The notes under the pieces were generated by a model. It was not told where the DNA came from and made no database searches. It was given only the letters and a program-made list of their open reading frames with translations. Source: Antedon mediterranea (lineage: Eukaryota > Animalia > Echinodermata). From it: DNA of 64,000 nucleotides. A program made the translations under genes and the position numbers. Where the stretch lies: positions 2,758,201 to 2,822,200 of the forward strand of contig NC_092679.1 of NCBI RefSeq assembly GCF_964355755.1. Direction: 5' to 3'. Shown here in pieces: positions 12,821 to 24,487 of this stretch (position 1 is its first letter; every line of letters begins with the position of its first letter).

Positions 12821-15800
12821 ATGACATCTTCATTGCCTACTGTACGTTGCTGTAATAGCATCTCATCATTATCATCTTTTGTGCTGTTTCCGTTATTTGA
12901 AATGCTGATACGTAAGTTAAATGATATTTATAGGGTATCCTTCTAACAGAAACCCATTACTGATGCCAAATGTTCGGTAATCTTATCATTGTAGTGTTTT
13001 TGACTAATGGGATATTCAATGAAGTGTATTCATATCTTCCCGATACTCGAATATCAGCCACAAATAATATAATGCGCCCCACGCGTGTACTTTATGTTCG
13101 CTGCGTTTCTTTTACAAAAATATAAAGCAGTTATTTACGAGTCATACAGGTAGACGATAGACTTACAGACCGATAGAACATCTTCATATGCACCCGGGTC
13201 AATGAAGGAGATTTTGAAATTGATGGCGAATCAATTGAATGACAAAACAGAGCGTGCATTAAATGTATTTTTTTTAACCAACAGTAAGAAAATCGAGAGT
13301 TAACAGATCTTTAATTGTTTCAACTTGTTTGTTTGTAATAACAAGCCAACTAATAGCGACTACTGAAACATTTACAACTGAACCACCAACTACAGAACCA
13401 TCTACCACTGAACCACCAACTACAGAACCATCTACCACTGAACCACCAACTACAGAACCATCTACCACTGAACCACCAACTACAGAACCATCTACCACTG
13501 AACCACCGACTACAGAACCATCTACAACTGAACCACCAACTACAGAACCATCTACAACTGAACCACCAACTACAGAACCATCTACAACTGAACCACCAAC
13601 TACAGAACCATCTACAACTGAACCACCAACTACAGAACCATCTACCACTGAACCACTAACTACAAAACCATCTACCACTGAACCACCAACTACAGAACGA
13701 TCTACCACTGAACCACCAACTACAGAGCTATCTACCACTGAACGACCAACTACAGAACCATCTACCACTGAACCACCGACTACAGAAGCATCTACCACTG
13801 AACCACCAACTACAGAACCATCTACCACTGAACCACCGACTACAGAGCCATCTACCACTGAACCACCAACTACAGAGCCATCTACCACTGAACCACCGAC
13901 TACAGAAGCATCTACCACTGAACCACCAACTACAGAATCATCTACCACTGAACCACCAACTACAGAACCATCTACCACTGAACCACCGACTACAGAACCA
14001 CCTACCACTGAACCACCGACTACAGAGTCATCTACCACTGAACCACCGACTACAGAGTCATCTACCACTGAACCACCGACTACAGAACCATCTACCACTA
14101 AACCACCGACTACAGAACAATCTACCACTGAACCACCAACTACAGAACCATCTACCACCGAACCATCTACCACCGAAATACCGACTACAGAACCATCTAC
14201 CACTGAACCACTAACTACAGAACCATATAATACTGAACCACCAACTACAGAACCATCTACCACTGAACCACCAACTACAGAACTATCTACCACTGAACCA
14301 CCAACTACAGAACCATCTACCACTGAACCACCGACTACAGAACCATCTACCACTAAACCACCGACTACAGAACCATCTACCACTGAACAACAAACTACAG
14401 AACCATCTACCACTGAACCGCCAACTACAGAACTATCTACCACTGAACCACCAACTACAGAACCATCTGCCACTGAACCACCAACTACTGAGCCACCAAC
14501 TACTGAACCACCAACCACAGAACCACCGACAACTGAACCAACTACAGAACCATCGACTACTAGACCAACAACCACCAAACCAACAACTACCAAACCATTG
14601 AGTACAAAACCATCGACTACCAAACCATCAACTAAAACAGGCCTAGCAATAGGATCAGCAGCTACTTGTGTTGTAATTGTGGTTGGAATAGTCTTAGTAG
14701 TTGTTTATATAGTAAGTATTCGACTACAGATTTTCTTCAAATAATTCTCACATGATGTATTGTTGACCAACCAACCTACCAATCACAGTATCCTACAATC
14801 CTTTTTATCATTAAGCATGAACATTAAGATAATCTGTAAAAAACACTTATTTGTTTTGTAGAAACGTCGTAAGAGGAAACCCAAAGAATCTAAACAAGAT
14901 ACAGCTAACCTACCAGTAAGTGATATAGTATAATTATGTATTTAATTCACAGGGTAAAACAAATTGTTATAAGGATAACTATTGAACCCCAACATTAATG
15001 CAACCTTTTAAATGTGTTTTTGTTGTTTCAGATGTATACTGAAACAATTGAAGCTACGGTAAAATGTTGTTATTGTTTATTTTTATGATTTATGACAACT
15101 TAAATGACCTGATCAGGATAATATGAAGACGGTGTCCACAACAAAGAGGCGATGACGCCAATAGCGACAATGACGTTTCTTATTACTACTAGACGGGATG
15201 ACAGTGTTTGGTTACCACTACGCCATGACGCCACGCATATGACGTTAACGCAACGCAATGACGTAAAGATAATATGTCTACACTAGTTCAAGTTCAAGTT
15301 CAAATTTATTCACATAATGCAAACATATACAAAATATAAAAGATACAAGTGGTTGGAAATTAAGTAAATAATAGTTGCATTATGCCTGGAGAATACCATT
15401 TAAACCCCAAGGGGCTTTAAGCCTGGATCCACCAGAAAGAATAAAAAAGTTAAAAATAATAATAATAAGCAAAGTGAAGGTACGCTACTGACAGACAGGG
15501 ACGGACATGTACGACGATACAAACACGACAAGGACGACAGGAAGGACAAACTGTATTTATATGAGTTGCCTAATTAAATTTAATTATAAGTTATTAATAT
15601 GATCAAAATAATTAATTTACTTTATATTTTGATATTAGATAAGATTTGTAGTTTATTTTTAGAGTATTATTTGTTTTGCTATTAGTTATTGACGGATTAA
15701 GAGAGTTCCAAAGTAGGGGACCGGTATGTAGTATAGAGTTAAGTATTTGCTTACTGCTATAGTTTTTGGAAATGTAGTTGTTTGCGTTCCTAGTGTTATA

Positions 15801-18800
15801 TTTGTGTAGTTCGTTATTTTTAGTGAAGAAACCGTTGAAAGTGGATGGTAGTTTGTTATTTGAGTACCTAAACATGAAGAGGGCAGTTTGCAATTTATTA
15901 ATGTCAAAAATGTTTAGGGTATTTAGGGTGTGAAAAAGAGGTTTAGAGTGGGAGAGGTATTTTGAGAGAGTGCAAATGCGAAGGGCCTTTTTTTGGAGTT
16001 TGAAAAGTTTGTCTATTTTGGTTGTTTCCGTGCTGGTCCATGGACAGAGAGTTCGATGTTTTGAGTTAGTGGCTGCCCATGCAATGTTGTAGTAAGAGAG
16101 ATGTGGAAGTATTAGAGTATTATATAAAGAAAAAAGGATGTTAGACGGAAGAGTGAATTTAAGTTTATTTAGTATGCCAATAGTTCTTGAAATTTTGTTT
16201 GATATGTTATTAATATGGAGATTCCAGTTCAGTTTATTATCAATAATTACACCAAGAAAATGGGTGTGGTCGACTGGTTTGATGGGTATATTATCGATAT
16301 AGATATTTGTATTTGTAGCATTATTATTGTTTTTATTTCCGGAAAAGTGAATGTAATTTGTTTTGCTGATGTTTAGTGAAAGCTTGTTGATTTTAAACCA
16401 GTTTGAAACGTTTCGGATTTCTCGGTTGAAAGTTTGAATTAAAGTGTTAGGATCTGGGCTGGAGAGAAAGATATTAGTGTCATCTGCAAATAGAACATAA
16501 GAGAAATAGTTTGAGGCGTAAATCAGATCATTTATGTAGATTAGGAAGAGAAGGGGACCAAGAATAGAACCTTGAGGAACGCCACATTTAACAGGAAGGA
16601 TGTCAGAGGAGTGAGAATTAAAAGAAGTGAATTGCATTCTGTCTTGAAGGTAGTTAGTAATTAGGGATAAAGGAATTCCACGGATGCCATAGTGGCAAAC
16701 TAGTTTGACAAAAAAGTGTGATATGGCCAAATATGGTAGTGATATGACATCATCATGTCCATATATGGGCACATCACATTCTTTTGTTACATAAAGTTTG
16801 AGCTAAACAAATAATTTGACGAAATTATCAATCAATCAATCAATCAATCAAAGTAACGTTTATTTCTCTTCTTCTCTTTCATAGAATATAAAAATTAACA
16901 GTAAATATGATTAAAATAAGAGGGGCGACATTCAAACAATTAAACAATACAACATTATTGATATTAATTATAACATTTATTATGTTTTGATCTTTTACAG
17001 AAAGAAGAAAATGAATATGATACAATTGATACGGTATTTTTTTTAATTTTCAACATATAGTCTAGAAGAATAGCATTAATTAAATGTGTGATAGGTTTGC
17101 CAAATCTGTGTAACCCAGTGGGCTTCTGCGCGAATGTACCCACTCTGAAACAATCGATTGATTTGATTGTTGTCTCAGACCCAATGTATAATAACTAGTG
17201 ATTATTATGAGTATACAGATACAGATTCCTTTTCATATCCAATATAATGGAAATTATGTTTTTTTTTTACAGAAAGATGAGAACCAATATGTAAATACAT
17301 CTGCTGTAAATGAAATTAATATGGTAATTATTTTCAATATAAATATTGTCTAAAAGTATGCATAGAAAATAAAGCAATTTGACAGCAGCATCAGCGAATG
17401 CACCAAATGTAGATTGACAATGTAGACAGTAATTCACAAGCAATTCGTATGGTTATGTTTTTGTCTTTTTTTCACAGCATGATGAGAACCAATATGCTGT
17501 TGTAGATGAAATTGCTATGGTAAGTTTGGTTACCATAATCAAATCGGTGTTGAGTAAAGCTCTATCTACACTATCAAACTTTATGTGACAGCAAAATGTG
17601 ATGTGCCCATATTTGGACATGATGATGTTATATCACTACCATATTTGGGCACATCACTACCATATTTGGGCACATCACTACCATATTTGGGCACATCACT
17701 ACCACATTTGGGCACATCACACTTCTTTTGCCAAACTAGTTTGACAGAACTTTAAGCTTGGTTCTCACTTGGACGCAACGCAACAATGTGTTGTTGCATT
17801 ATCGTCGTCGTCAGCACAGCGTAAACAATTTGACCAATCACAAGTCACAACCGTTTGGATGATTGGTCAAATTAATTGCGGCGCGCGCGTCCTTTGGTTT
17901 CCGCGTCTACTGTACCTAACTAAGACATAGTCAATTATTGACTATGCTTATGATTAACAGTATTGGTCTTGTTTTGTTCTTTTACATAGAAAGATGAGAA
18001 CCAGTATGCTGCAGTATATGACATTCCTATGGTAAGTTTTTTTTCTTTTACCTAAACGTATTCAATGCTGTACCAGCAAGTTTTAGAGTTTGATATATCG
18101 AGTCGCGGAAGCAATATGTATTTTCGTTGTTTTCATTTCCATATCATTGTGTCAATAAAAGTAGTTACTACGACATATTTCTAAAAACTTGATCAACAAG
18201 CAAACATTTATAATTTGTAAAGTTTCTTCTTTTTCTTTTTTTTACAGAAAGAGAAGACGATTCCCGAGGTAAGGCTTAAGTTATAGTGCAACACTAATAT
18301 CTCAACGTATTGAAGTTAGCAATGCTTATTTCATTAAAAAAATTAGGCATACAAAAATTTAATTTTAAACAACACTGCCATCAAATAAAACTAAATGATA
18401 CAGTAGTATTTTTTGTCTTTTTATAAAGGCCTACACTTTTTTTTCAAATTACAAACAAAATATAAAATGTTTAAAAAAAATAATTTTTGTTATTTTTTAT
18501 ACGATTTGAAATACAATAAAATAGAACTATAAACTAAAAAATTCATCCTAGAATATTGTTGATGATGATGTTGATTAAAAAAATGAAAATGGTACCGGTA
18601 AATCGAAAACGGTGCCTGTAAACCGAAAACGGTGCCGGTAAACCGAAAACGGTGCCGGTAAACCGATAACGCTGCCGGTAAACCAAAAACGGTTGTCAAG
18701 AAATAGAACAACTGTATAACGAAATGGGAATGTAAAATACGGTGATAATAATTTCACCCTCAATTATATTTCAGAATGTGGCCGTACAAGACGAATCAAA

Positions 18801-18846
18801 GTTGTACATTAACATTAAACCCTCAAAGACGAGACGACCCAAATAA
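12821..18846 (+). CDS. Gene B: transmembrane mucin-like protein without VWC/SEA, with a multi-tyrosine cytoplasmic tail
   Basis: Exons 12821-12911 (start uncertain, signal peptide degenerate), 13285-14711 ([17 protein letters not shown] repeats fused directly to TM), 14862-14915 (KRRKRK), 15032-15058, 17001-17033 (ENEYDTI), 17273-17323 (ENQYVNT), 17478-17519 (ENQYAVV), 17990-18031 (ENQYAAVYDIP), 18248-18268, 18775-18846 (LYINI..PK*). Confidence 0.8.
13375..14630 (+). repeat. Coding 30-bp tandem repeat ([10 protein letters not shown]) of gene B
   Basis: Unit aaccaccaactacagaaccatctaccactg. Confidence 0.97.
15286..16694 (-). mobile_element. 5'-truncated non-LTR retrotransposon (LINE; CR1/L2-like reverse transcriptase) in a gene B intron
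   Basis: Open RT frame with GVPQGSILGPLLFLIYINDL, LFADDT and FLGVIID, stop at 15612. The 3' UTR ends in AATAAA plus a (CTTGAA)n tail on the minus strand. Confidence 0.92.
17556..17753. mobile_element. MITE family 2 (termini aagctctgtctacactatcaaact..agtttgatagtgtagacagagctt, internal 21-bp catcactaccatatttgggca array); representative copy
   Basis: Further copies near 7743, 16695, 22092, 22860, 30514, 37724, 39631, 40601, 47770, 51022, 55533, 56096, 57370 and 63174, with a variable number of 21-bp units. Confidence 0.9.
18590..18695. repeat. 20-bp minisatellite (aaaccgaaaacggtgccggt) before the last exon; homologous arrays at 23815-23920 and 33180-33300
   Basis: Direct reading; same intron position in genes B, C and D. 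Confidence 0.9.
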
Positions 18847-19231
18847 GGAGCCGTGAGTCGACCAATCAGCATCATTTGGATGATCAATCGCGCCGTGATT
18901 GGACAATTACTTGCGGCGTGCTTACGTCATTGCGTTGCGTTCAAATGGAAACCAGGCTTGAAGGGAACGTACAGTAATGTGAACAATCGTGCTATTCTGT
19001 TCTTATCTCAGACCATGGAGAAATAAGCTAAATTATTTCTCTATGCTCAGAAAAATGCTCAGAAAAATTGTAGATCTGTGAAAACTACAAAAGAGTGTTG
19101 TTAGGACGTACGCACAATAAATAGATAATAATGTAATTTAGGGTTGAAAAAACAGTAAATATTTTATTTTGATAGTATATACATTAACTTACGTATCAGT
19201 CTGCTTAGATCAATATATTTATGTTATTAAT

Positions 19232-19642
19232 TATTCATTCATTCATTCAATCTTTTATTTCGGAAACTCTGGTCCATAGAAAGTAAATTACATATAAATG
19301 AAATAAATAAAATAGACAAAATTACTACTACCATCTCAGGATGGCATTCCATCTGGAGAGCATCTTCGACTTAACTAAGACGTTGCTTATAATCGTTGAG
19401 ATTAAAATATTTTTGCTTGCATTAAGTCTACACATCAGGCCATATATTGATATTCTTAACAATTCATAAAAAGAAGGAATTCTACATTCCGTAAACATGA
19501 GGCTGGCACTGCAATGTCGAGGCCTTTGCAACAACATTCTTAAACCATTATTGTAGCATACCTGGAGAGATCGCAAGGTACCTTGATTATAGTTGCACCA
19601 TAATGTAGCACAATACATATTTACACAATATGTTCTAAATAA

Positions 19643-19645
<3 letters not shown>
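19232..19645 (-). mobile_element. LINE 3' end fragment
   Basis: MYCATLWCNY..LQVCYNNGLRMLLQRPRHCSASLMF ORF2 C-terminus; AATAAA plus (TGAA)n tail on the minus strand. Confidence 0.7.
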
Positions 19646-19676
<31 letters not shown>

Positions 19677-19817
19677 GTAGGCCTGTTTTTTTTAAATAAA
19701 TTATTTTACATCTATTTTTTTACATTTGACCAATGACAAGCGATGGATTATAACTGTCGCTTGTCATTGGCCAACTCGCTTGCGTTGGTCTCTAGTGGGA
19801 ACCAAGCTTTATGGCCC

Positions 19818-20158
19818 TGGGTGCGATTTTGTTATTCGTACATAAGTTGGGGACCCCATGTGAAAGGTACTACTTCCTAAATATGACTAAACCCAACCCT
19901 CTAAATAATCTGTCTCTCACTATAAAGTAATAGAAGTAGCTCATGGGAGTCGAACTCCATACATCGACATGTAAAGTCCATAGTCTAATACACTCGACTA
20001 CACAGACGGCTCGACAGAAATCGTTTGCATTAGCGAATTGTAGTTAGCTCAATTCTTACGTCACACCTTTTGGATATGACTACTTAATATTCATATTTAT
20101 TTTGTGATGTTTCACGAGGGGTCCCCAACTTATGTACGAAAAGAAATATCGCGCCTTG
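19818..20158. mobile_element. Inverted-repeat element with a tRNA-like internal segment
   Basis: TIRs ..ttcgtacataagttggggacccc / ggggtccccaacttatgtacgaa... The minus strand at 19937-20010 has A-box-like and gagttcgactccc B-box-like motifs. It is absent from the homologous site upstream of gene D. Confidence 0.65.
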
Positions 20159-20378
20159 GGCTCTCACTATTAGTGAGAACAAAGCTTAACTTCTATGGGA
20201 TAATAATTTTACAAAAGAGCGTCGCGGTTTACGTCACATAGATCCATTGTGACTAATTCTATAAATTGTAGATTACGATACTTCCCTTTCATTTTGTGTC
20301 CGACTTTTGTCGCCTTTATATAATATACATCTAACTTTTAGCTGCGTGACAGAGATCATTCGTTACTGAGGCTCAATT

Positions 20379-23300
20379 ATGTTATTTTTACCATTTTTGC
20401 TGCTTATTGAACTTCTGATACGTAAGTTAAATATATTTATAGGATATACCCTCCTATTAAAGACCACTATTGGGACAAAAGGTGAAATAACTCTTATTAT
20501 TAATCTAATCTCAATCTAAATTGAAAAAAAATCCAATGAGGAAATATGTGACATTTAATATACGCGTTGCCTCGTTCTTCGGATGGGAGGTAATTCCGTT
20601 CGTCCGTGTACTTCATAGTGCACGTTAAAGATTTTTTTTAATTTTGCTTACAATAATGAATTACTAATATTATTTATTATGTACTTCATGATTTAATTAC
20701 TATCATTAAGAACCTACCGAAACATCAAAGTGTATATGTCCAACAAGTGAACCTTGGACAACCGAACTTTCGACCACCGAACCATGGACAACCCAACATT
20801 CTACCACCGAACCCTCGACCACTGAACCTTCGACCACCGAACCTTCGACAACACAACCTTCGACCACCGAACCTTCGACCACCGAACCTTCGACCACCGA
20901 ACATTCGACAACCGAACCCTCGACCACCGAACCTTCGACAACCGAACCCTCGACCACTGAACCTTCGACCACTGAACCTTCGACCACCGAACCTTCGACA
21001 ACCGAACCTTCAACCACCGAACCTTCGACAACCGAACCCTCGACCACCGAACCTTCGACAACCGAAACCTCGACAACTGAACCTTCGACCACCGAACCCT
21101 CGACCACTAAGCCTTCGACCACCGAACCATCGACAACCGAACCCTCGACCACTGAACCTTCGACTACCGAACCATCAACCACCGAACCTTCAACAACCGA
21201 ACCCTCGACAACTGAACCTTCGACTACCGAACCATCAACCACCGAACCTTCGACAACCGAACCCTCGACCACTGAACTTTCGACTACCGAACCATCAACC
21301 ACCAAAAAATGTGTATGTCCAACAACAAGTGAAACCCGAACTACCGATCCAGCTGATCCATCCGCTACAGAACCACCGACTACCAAACCATCAACTCAAA
21401 CAGGCCTAGTAATAGGATTAGCAACTACTTGTGTTGTAACTGTGGTTGGAATAGTCTTAGTAGTTGTTTATATAGTAAGTATTCGACTGCATATTTTCCC
21501 CAAATAAATCTCACATGATGTATTGTTGACCCACCAACCAACCAATCACAGTATCCTACAATCCTTTTTATCATTAAGCATGAAAATTAAGGTAATCTGT
21601 AAAAAACACTTATTTGTTTTGTAGAAACGTCATAAGATGAAACCCAAAGAATCTAAACAAGATACAGCTAACCTACCAGTAAGTGCTTTAGTATAATTAT
21701 GAAAATAATTCACAGGGCGAAACGGGGGGCGAAACGAATTGTTATAAGGATAACTATTGAACCCCAACATTAATGCGACCTTTTCAATGTTTTTTTTTTC
21801 AGATGAATACTAAAGCAATTGAAGCTACGGTAAAATGTTTTTATTGTTTATTTTTATGATTTATGACAACTTAAATGACCTAATCAGGATAATAGTTCAA
21901 GACGGTGTCCAAAACAGAGAGACGATGACGTCAATAATGACAATAACGTTCCTTATACGAAATGACAGTGTTTGGTTATCACTACGCAAGGACGTATTAA
22001 TTAACACGCAACGAAAATGACGTAAACGCAACGTAATGACGTAAACATAACGTAAATGGCGTAAACGCAACGCAATTGCGTAAATGCATGTAAAGCTCTG
22101 TCTACTCTATCAAACTTGTTTGACAAAGAAGTGTGATTTCCCAAATATGAGAGTCATATGCCCAAATATGGTAGTGATATGACATCATCATGTCCATATA
22201 TGGGCACATCACATTCTTTTGTTACATAAAGTTTGAGCTCAACAAATAATTTGACGAAATTAAGCAATACAACATTATTGATATTAATTATAACATTTAT
22301 TACGTTTTGATCTTTTACAGAAAGAAGAAAATGAATATTATGATACAATTGATACGGTATTTTTTTATTTTCAACATATAGTCTAGAAGTATAGCATTAA
22401 TTAAATGTGTGATGGGTTTGCCAAATCTTTGTAATCCCAGTGGGCTTCTGCGCGACTGGACCCACTCAACCGAGACAACAATAATCGATTGATTTGATTG
22501 TTGTCTCTGACCCAATGTAGATCGACCATTTTTAAAATAACTTTTGATTACTATGATTTTTTTCTCTTTTACAGAAAGATGAAAACCAATACGTAAATAC
22601 ATCTGCTGTAAATGAAATTAATATGGTAACTATTTTCAACATAAATATTGTCTAAAAGTATGCATAGAAAAACATTTAGCAATTTGACAGCATCAGCGAA
22701 TGCACACCAAATGTAAATTGACAATTTAGACAGTAATTCACGAGCAATTTGTATAATTATTTTGGGTTTTTTTCACAGCATGATGAGAACCAATATGCTG
22801 TTGTAGATGAAATTGCTATGGTAAGTTTGGTTACGGTAATAATCAAATCGGCGTTGAGTAAAGCTCTATCTACATTATCAAACGTTATGTGACAACAAAA
22901 TGTGATGTGCCCATATTTGGACATGATGATGTCATATCACTACCATATTTGGGCACATCACTACCATATTTGGGCACATCACTACCATATTTGGGCACAT
23001 CACACTTCTTTTGCCAAACTAGTTTGACAGAGCTTTAAGCTTGGTTCTCACTTGGACGTAACGCAACGACGTGTTGTTGCGTTGTCGTCGTCAGCACAAC
23101 GCAAACAATTTGACCAATCACAAGTCACAACCGTTTGGATGATTGGTCAAATTACTTGCGGCGCGCGCGTCCTTTGGTTTCCGCATCTACTGTACCTAAA
23201 TTATGACATAGTCAATTATTGACTATGCTTATGATTAGCAGTATTGGTCTTGTTTTGTTCTTTTACACAGAAAGATGAGAACCAGTATGCTGGAGTATAT

Positions 23301-24071
23301 GACATTCCTATGGTAAGTTCTTTCTTTTACCTCAACGAATTCAATACTGTACCAGCAAGTTTTAGAGTTTGCTATCCCGAATCGCGGAAGCAATGTCTTT
23401 TCGTTTTCATTTCATATAATAAATTGTGTCAATCAAAGTAATTACTACAACATATTTCTAAACTTGATTTTTTATTTTACAGAAAGAGAAGACAATTCCC
23501 GAGGTAAGGCTTAAGTTAGTGCAACGTTAATATTTCAACGTATTTAAGTTGGAAATGCTTATTTCATTTTAAGAATTAGGCATACAAAAATGTAATTTTA
23601 AATTACACTGCTAACAAATAAAACTAAATGTGTTATTTTTTTATCTTTTTATAAAGGCCTACACCTTTTTTCAAATTACAAACAAAATGTAAAATGTAAA
23701 AAACATATTTCATTTTTGTCATTTTTTATACGATTTTAAAAACAATAAAATAGAACTATAGACTAAAAATTCATCCTAGAATATTGTTGATGATGATGCT
23801 GAAGAAAAAAAAATTGGTACCGGTAAATCGAAAACGGTGATGGTAAACCGGAAACGGTGCCAGTAAACCGATAACGCTGCCGATAAACCGAAAACCGTGC
23901 ATGTAAACCGAAAACGGTTGTCGAAAACACGAGAAAGAGAACAAACTGGAAAACGAAAAAGGAAAATACGTTGATAGTAATTTTACCCTCATTATATTTC
24001 AGAATGTGGCCGTACAAGACGAATCAAAGTTGTACATTAACATTAAACCCTCAAAGACGAGACCCAAATAA
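20379..24071 (+). CDS. Gene C: short-stalk transmembrane mucin-like protein with multi-tyrosine tail; chimera of a D-like 5' half and a B-like 3' half
   Basis: Exons 20379-20421 (MLFLPFLLLIELLI), 20711-21474 ([15 protein letters not shown] repeats, KKCVCP, TM), 21625-21678, 21803-21829, 22321-22356 (ENEYYDTI), 22575-22625, 22779-22820, 23271-23312 (ENQYAGVYDIP), 23483-23503, 24003-24071. The frame is open throughout. Confidence 0.85.
20755..21303 (+). repeat. Coding 15-bp tandem repeat (TTEPS) of gene C
   Basis: Unit accgaaccttcgac(c/a); same codon style as gene D 27575-27805. Confidence 0.95.
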
Positions 24072-24447
24072 GGAGCCGTGAGTCGACCAATCAACATCAT
24101 TTGGATGATCAATCGCGTCGTGATTGGTCAATTACTTGCGGCGTGCTTACGTCATTGCGTTGCTTCCTAAGTGGAAACCAGGCTTGAAGGATCGGAATGT
24201 GATCAATCGTACTATATATTCTGTTCTTATCTCAGACCATGGAGAAATAAGCTAATTATTTCTCCATGCTCAGGAAAATTGCAGATCTGTGAAAGCAACA
24301 AAATAGTGTTGTCAGCGCGTACGTAAAATAAATTATATATAGATAAATGTAATTTGTCAAGGGTTAAAAAACAGTAATATTTTATTTTAATACAGTAGTA
24401 TATACATTAACATACGCATCAGTCTGCTTAGATCAATATATTATTTA

Positions 24448-24487
<40 letters not shown>

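Noticed and set aside
15612-16772. 386-aa ORF starting MPIYGHDDVISLPYL as a host gene
   Set aside because: The N-terminus is read through a MITE and the rest is a truncated LINE reverse transcriptase.
17627-17720. Regular 21-bp and 20-bp direct repeats resembling CRISPR arrays
   Set aside because: No unique spacers, no cas genes, eukaryotic context. They are MITE-internal arrays and minisatellites.
17001-18846. Canonical ITIM/ITAM calls for the tail motifs
   Set aside because: The residues at Y-2 are not hydrophobic, and the fully spliced form lacks a strict YxxL/I-x6-8-YxxL/I pair. They are reported only as SH2-type motifs.
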